Assembly (NCBI GenBank): GCA_964486045.1
Contig: CAZALK010000001.1
Span: 360,242-424,241, forward strand
DNA from: an uncultured archaeon
GTDB lineage: Archaea > Asgardarchaeota > Lokiarchaeia > Sigyniarchaeales > SOKP01
DNA length: 64,000 bases
Direction of reading: 5' to 3'
In this document: positions 61,628-64,000 of the stretch, in pieces
Layout: the number at the start of each line of letters is the position of its first letter
Numbering within the stretch: the stretch's first letter is position 1
Made by a program: the position numbers and the translations under genes
Notes under the pieces: generated by a model
What the model was told of the DNA's origin: nothing
Database searches by the model: none
What the model saw: only the letters and a program-made list of their open reading frames with translations

Positions 61628-62383
61628 ATGATATTATTGACTACAAAAACTCAATTACAATTAAGAGAGCGCGTGTTGGACATAATGAAGATTAATGATT
61701 CATTTTTAGACGCGTGTTTGCTAATGTTGTTTGAACAACAAACATTTGATGAACGGCAAATAAAAAATAGTGTGCATCGAAACACAATTGGGTTTAACAG
61801 ACCAGACGCCTACCTGCTTTCCGATTATTCTGTTTGGAAGTTAAACTTCCCGGATAGATCAATAAACGGAGAATTAAAAACTACTTTAATTAACAAGCTT
61901 GAAAAGTATACTTTGCAATTATCATCTTACAGAGAAGTTGTAGCCGCATTAGACGGCTTAAAGGATCCAACATCAATTGTCACGCGTGTCAAGAATGAAA
62001 TAGACGTTGATAAATTAGATCCAACCACTTTGCTTAAAGATTATTTAAATTATAAAAAAGTGGAACGAAAAAAAGAATTAAGAGAACGGACTAAAAAGAA
62101 AAATGAAGAAGAACGACACAAAAAGTTAGGGTTAACTCACGACATTATTATGGGGGCCATTGTTGAAATCGAACCAAAAGCTTTAAAGATCAAAACAACC
62201 TTTGAAGATTTCGAGATGGATCTCTGGTTTCCAAAATTTAGCATCATTAAGGGATATAAAGAAGAACTCAATATTTTCCAAGAATTTATGATCAAGAAAA
62301 GAATGTTTTCTTATAAACTCGAAGATGCCCTTGGTAAAAAGATATATCACGATACGCTCCAAACTAATAGATTTAGAAAGTAA
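61628..62383 (+). CDS. Hypothetical, probably mobile-element/phage-derived protein
   Basis: QQTFDE...N.IGFNRPDA..LS...KY..QL N-domain and E.KAL.I......W.PK.S C-domain resemble phage-type domains (from memory); GGAGG SD; CpG-richer than neighbours. Confidence 0.6.
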   Translation: MILLTTKTQLQLRERVLDIMKINDSFLDACLLMLFEQQTFDERQIKNSVHRNTIGFNRPDAYLLSDYSVWKLNFPDRSINGELKTTLINKLEKYTLQLSSYREVVAALDGLKDPTSIVTRVKNEIDVDKLDPTTLLKDYLNYKKVERKKELRERTKKKNEEERHKKLGLTHDIIMGAIVEIEPKALKIKTTFEDFEMDLWFPKFSIIKGYKEELNIFQEFMIKKRMFSYKLEDALGKKIYHDTLQTNRFRK

Positions 62384-62654
62384 ATGGCCTCATCGTCGTC
62401 ATTCGACAAAAAATATTACTCTTGCGAATGATTTTATGGAATTATGAATTGGAATATCGGTTATCTCGTTATAGCGCTAAAAACAGCGTTGAAGAAGATC
62501 ATGACGTGTTACAAGAATTTATCATTTCAACTTCCATGTTAGAAACTAAGAAACAAGATGTGATAAGACTTAAAGATCAAACTCTTCATGCGTATCAACT
62601 TTAGATGATTCTTTAGATTAATATAGAAGATTTGAATATATTGAAATGTATAAG

Positions 62655-62796
62655 CGCCCAGGGTGGGACATTCAAGAATATGCGAAATGCGTTTCTTTTC
62701 GAACCCACGTATCCGTTGGACACTGGATTAGCAATCCAGCGCTCTACCGAGCTAAGCGACTTTCTTTCAGCAATCTAAGGGATTGATGAACTGAGC
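62655..62796 (-). tRNA. tRNA-Ser(GCT) with a 29-nt BHB intron at 59/60 and a 30-nt insertion at 6/7
   Basis: Exons 62796-62791, 62760-62698 and 62668-62655 join into a full cloverleaf: GCTCAGG/CCTGGGC acceptor, CTGGA-TTGCTAA-TCCAG anticodon arm, long variable arm, GTGGG-TTCGAAT-CCCAC, discriminator G. Confidence 0.88.
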
Positions 62797-62875
62797 TTCG
62801 TTTAATTTCCCGAGCATAAAGTTGTAATTAATTATAACGATTTGAAATTTTAATATTTTATCATAAAATCTGGGT

Positions 62876-63433
62876 TCATGTGGTTCTGTCAAAAATTGAA
62901 TCTTTATTGCTTTTAACTTTATCTAAAAATAATTCGACTTCCTTTAGAGATCTAAGTCTAATAGTTTGTATGTTCGAATAATCACCTGATTCAATTAATG
63001 CTTCATACCTCTTTCTGACCTTTCTATGGGTTTTTATAGTCCAAAGCACAATAGAATCCTTACTAAACAAACTTTTTAACGTCTCTATATTTCCTGTGCC
63101 ATACCAGAGTTCTTCTCTAGTTATGATTCTCTTAATAGCTCTTATGACTGCTTGGTACAATGCACGAATGAAACTTAAATCAAGCCAAATGACCGTATTA
63201 ACACTTTCCCATTTTATGAAAGTGGATCTTGTGTAATTACCATCCAATATCCAATTGTCATCTTTTAAAGCCAAACTCAATTTCGAAAAGAATTCTTCAT
63301 CAGTAGGGTAAGACCAATTCGGTCCCCAAAACAGTGAGTCCATTTCGATATAGGGTATAGATAAAGTACTAGACAATCTCTTGCAAAAGGTTGTCTTACC
63401 GGTTCCACTTGTTCCTACCACATTTATTTTCAC
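62876..63433 (-). CDS. P-loop kinase (adenylate kinase-like/FlaR topology-modulation family)
   Basis: GTSGTGKTT, EMDSLFW, WILDGNY, IWLD. Confidence 0.88.
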   Translation of the reverse strand: MKINVVGTSGTGKTTFCKRLSSTLSIPYIEMDSLFWGPNWSYPTDEEFFSKLSLALKDDNWILDGNYTRSTFIKWESVNTVIWLDLSFIRALYQAVIRAIKRIITREELWYGTGNIETLKSLFSKDSIVLWTIKTHRKVRKRYEALIESGDYSNIQTIRLRSLKEVELFLDKVKSNKDSIFDRTT

Positions 63434-63855
63434 AATTTATTCCCCTCTATACATCTCCCCACAAAGCAATTTTTACATCTATTCATTAATACATAAACTT
63501 TTTTACTTTGAATGATGTCGGAATTAGGTATGAATCTATTACCTAAAATTTCATTTATTAACTCAAGATTCTCTTCCAATTCTCATCACTCCCTTATATT
63601 TATTATATTTAGGATTTAAGATGTTCTATTTTCAATATAACAACTCAAAATTTTAATAATTTATTAGAAAATAAGATTTCGTGCATATGTATAAAAAATT
63701 AGAGAATTAGAAATTGCTGTATTCATAAATCTTTTCAGAAATCATTTTTTCAAATACAAGCTACTATACTGGTTTAAAAAATATTAAGATTACCACAAAT
63801 AATACCTAGTGTTAAGATAAGCACCTTAAATTTAATAAAAAATTAGATAAAAGAT

Positions 63856-64000
63856 TCAAATGTTTTTATATCTAGCAAGAACTTCGTCAAATCCATTGTA
63901 ATCCATGAACCCTACTTTTTTATACGCTAATTTGCCATTTTTAATGATTATAAGCGATGGAATGCTAGTAATCTTGTATTTCCACGAAATCTTTTGATCA
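63856..64000 (-). CDS. Thioredoxin-family protein, C-terminal part (5' end outside window)
   Basis: Manual translation DQKISWKYKITSIPSLIIIKNGKLAYKKVGFMD...YKNI*, including the cis-Pro motif SIP. Confidence 0.75.
   Translation of the reverse strand, partial: DQKISWKYKITSIPSLIIIKNGKLAYKKVGFMDYNGFDEVLARYKNI

Noticed and set aside
62422-62604. 60-aa ORF between the phage-like gene and tRNA-Ser
   Set aside because: No motif or clear SD; may be a fragment, so not called as a CDS.
1-64000. CRISPR arrays, IS elements, integrases, rRNA and selenoprotein/SECIS signals
   Set aside because: No regularly spaced repeats, transposase or integrase motifs, rRNA-like GC-rich tracts or in-frame TGA at catalytic Cys positions were seen by eye.

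Overview
AT-rich archaeal chromosomal segment, most likely from an Asgard archaeon (Lokiarchaeia-like). This call rests on a profilin-like, a roadblock/LC7 and a longin-like protein, a stand-alone 7TM protein and a Loki-type expanded domain family, alongside archaeal housekeeping genes. Core content: tldD, purB-purM, nadC, dinB, pyrC, srp54, eIF5A-NADK-nob1-fen-cdc48, herA, a PPi-type PFK, a 2-oxoacid:ferredoxin oxidoreductase operon (gamma-delta-alpha-beta), sua5-THUMP, and the proteasome/exosome superoperon (psmA-SBDS-rrp4-rrp41-rrp42-rpl37ae-pcc1-pfdB-DHH) running into ECF genes and cgi121. There are two tRNA genes, Val-TAC and Ser-GCT. Most notable observations: (1) tRNA-Ser(GCT) has a perfect-BHB T-loop intron plus a 30-nt hairpin insertion inside the acceptor stem (6/7); (2) a degenerate copy of that tRNA's 3' end brackets a small island with a phage-like ORF; (3) a tandem pair of uncharacterised nucleotidyltransferase-fold proteins, one apparently active and one lacking a catalytic Asp, lies divergent from a Zn-ribbon gene; (4) an FGGY kinase-SCP2-dehydrogenase/aldolase fusion operon sits among decayed sugar-metabolism genes; (5) a 30-bp direct repeat brackets one orphan gene; (6) there are probable ATA and CTG start codons and an RGG insert in Rrp4. 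All calls come from motif recognition by eye; no database searches were run.
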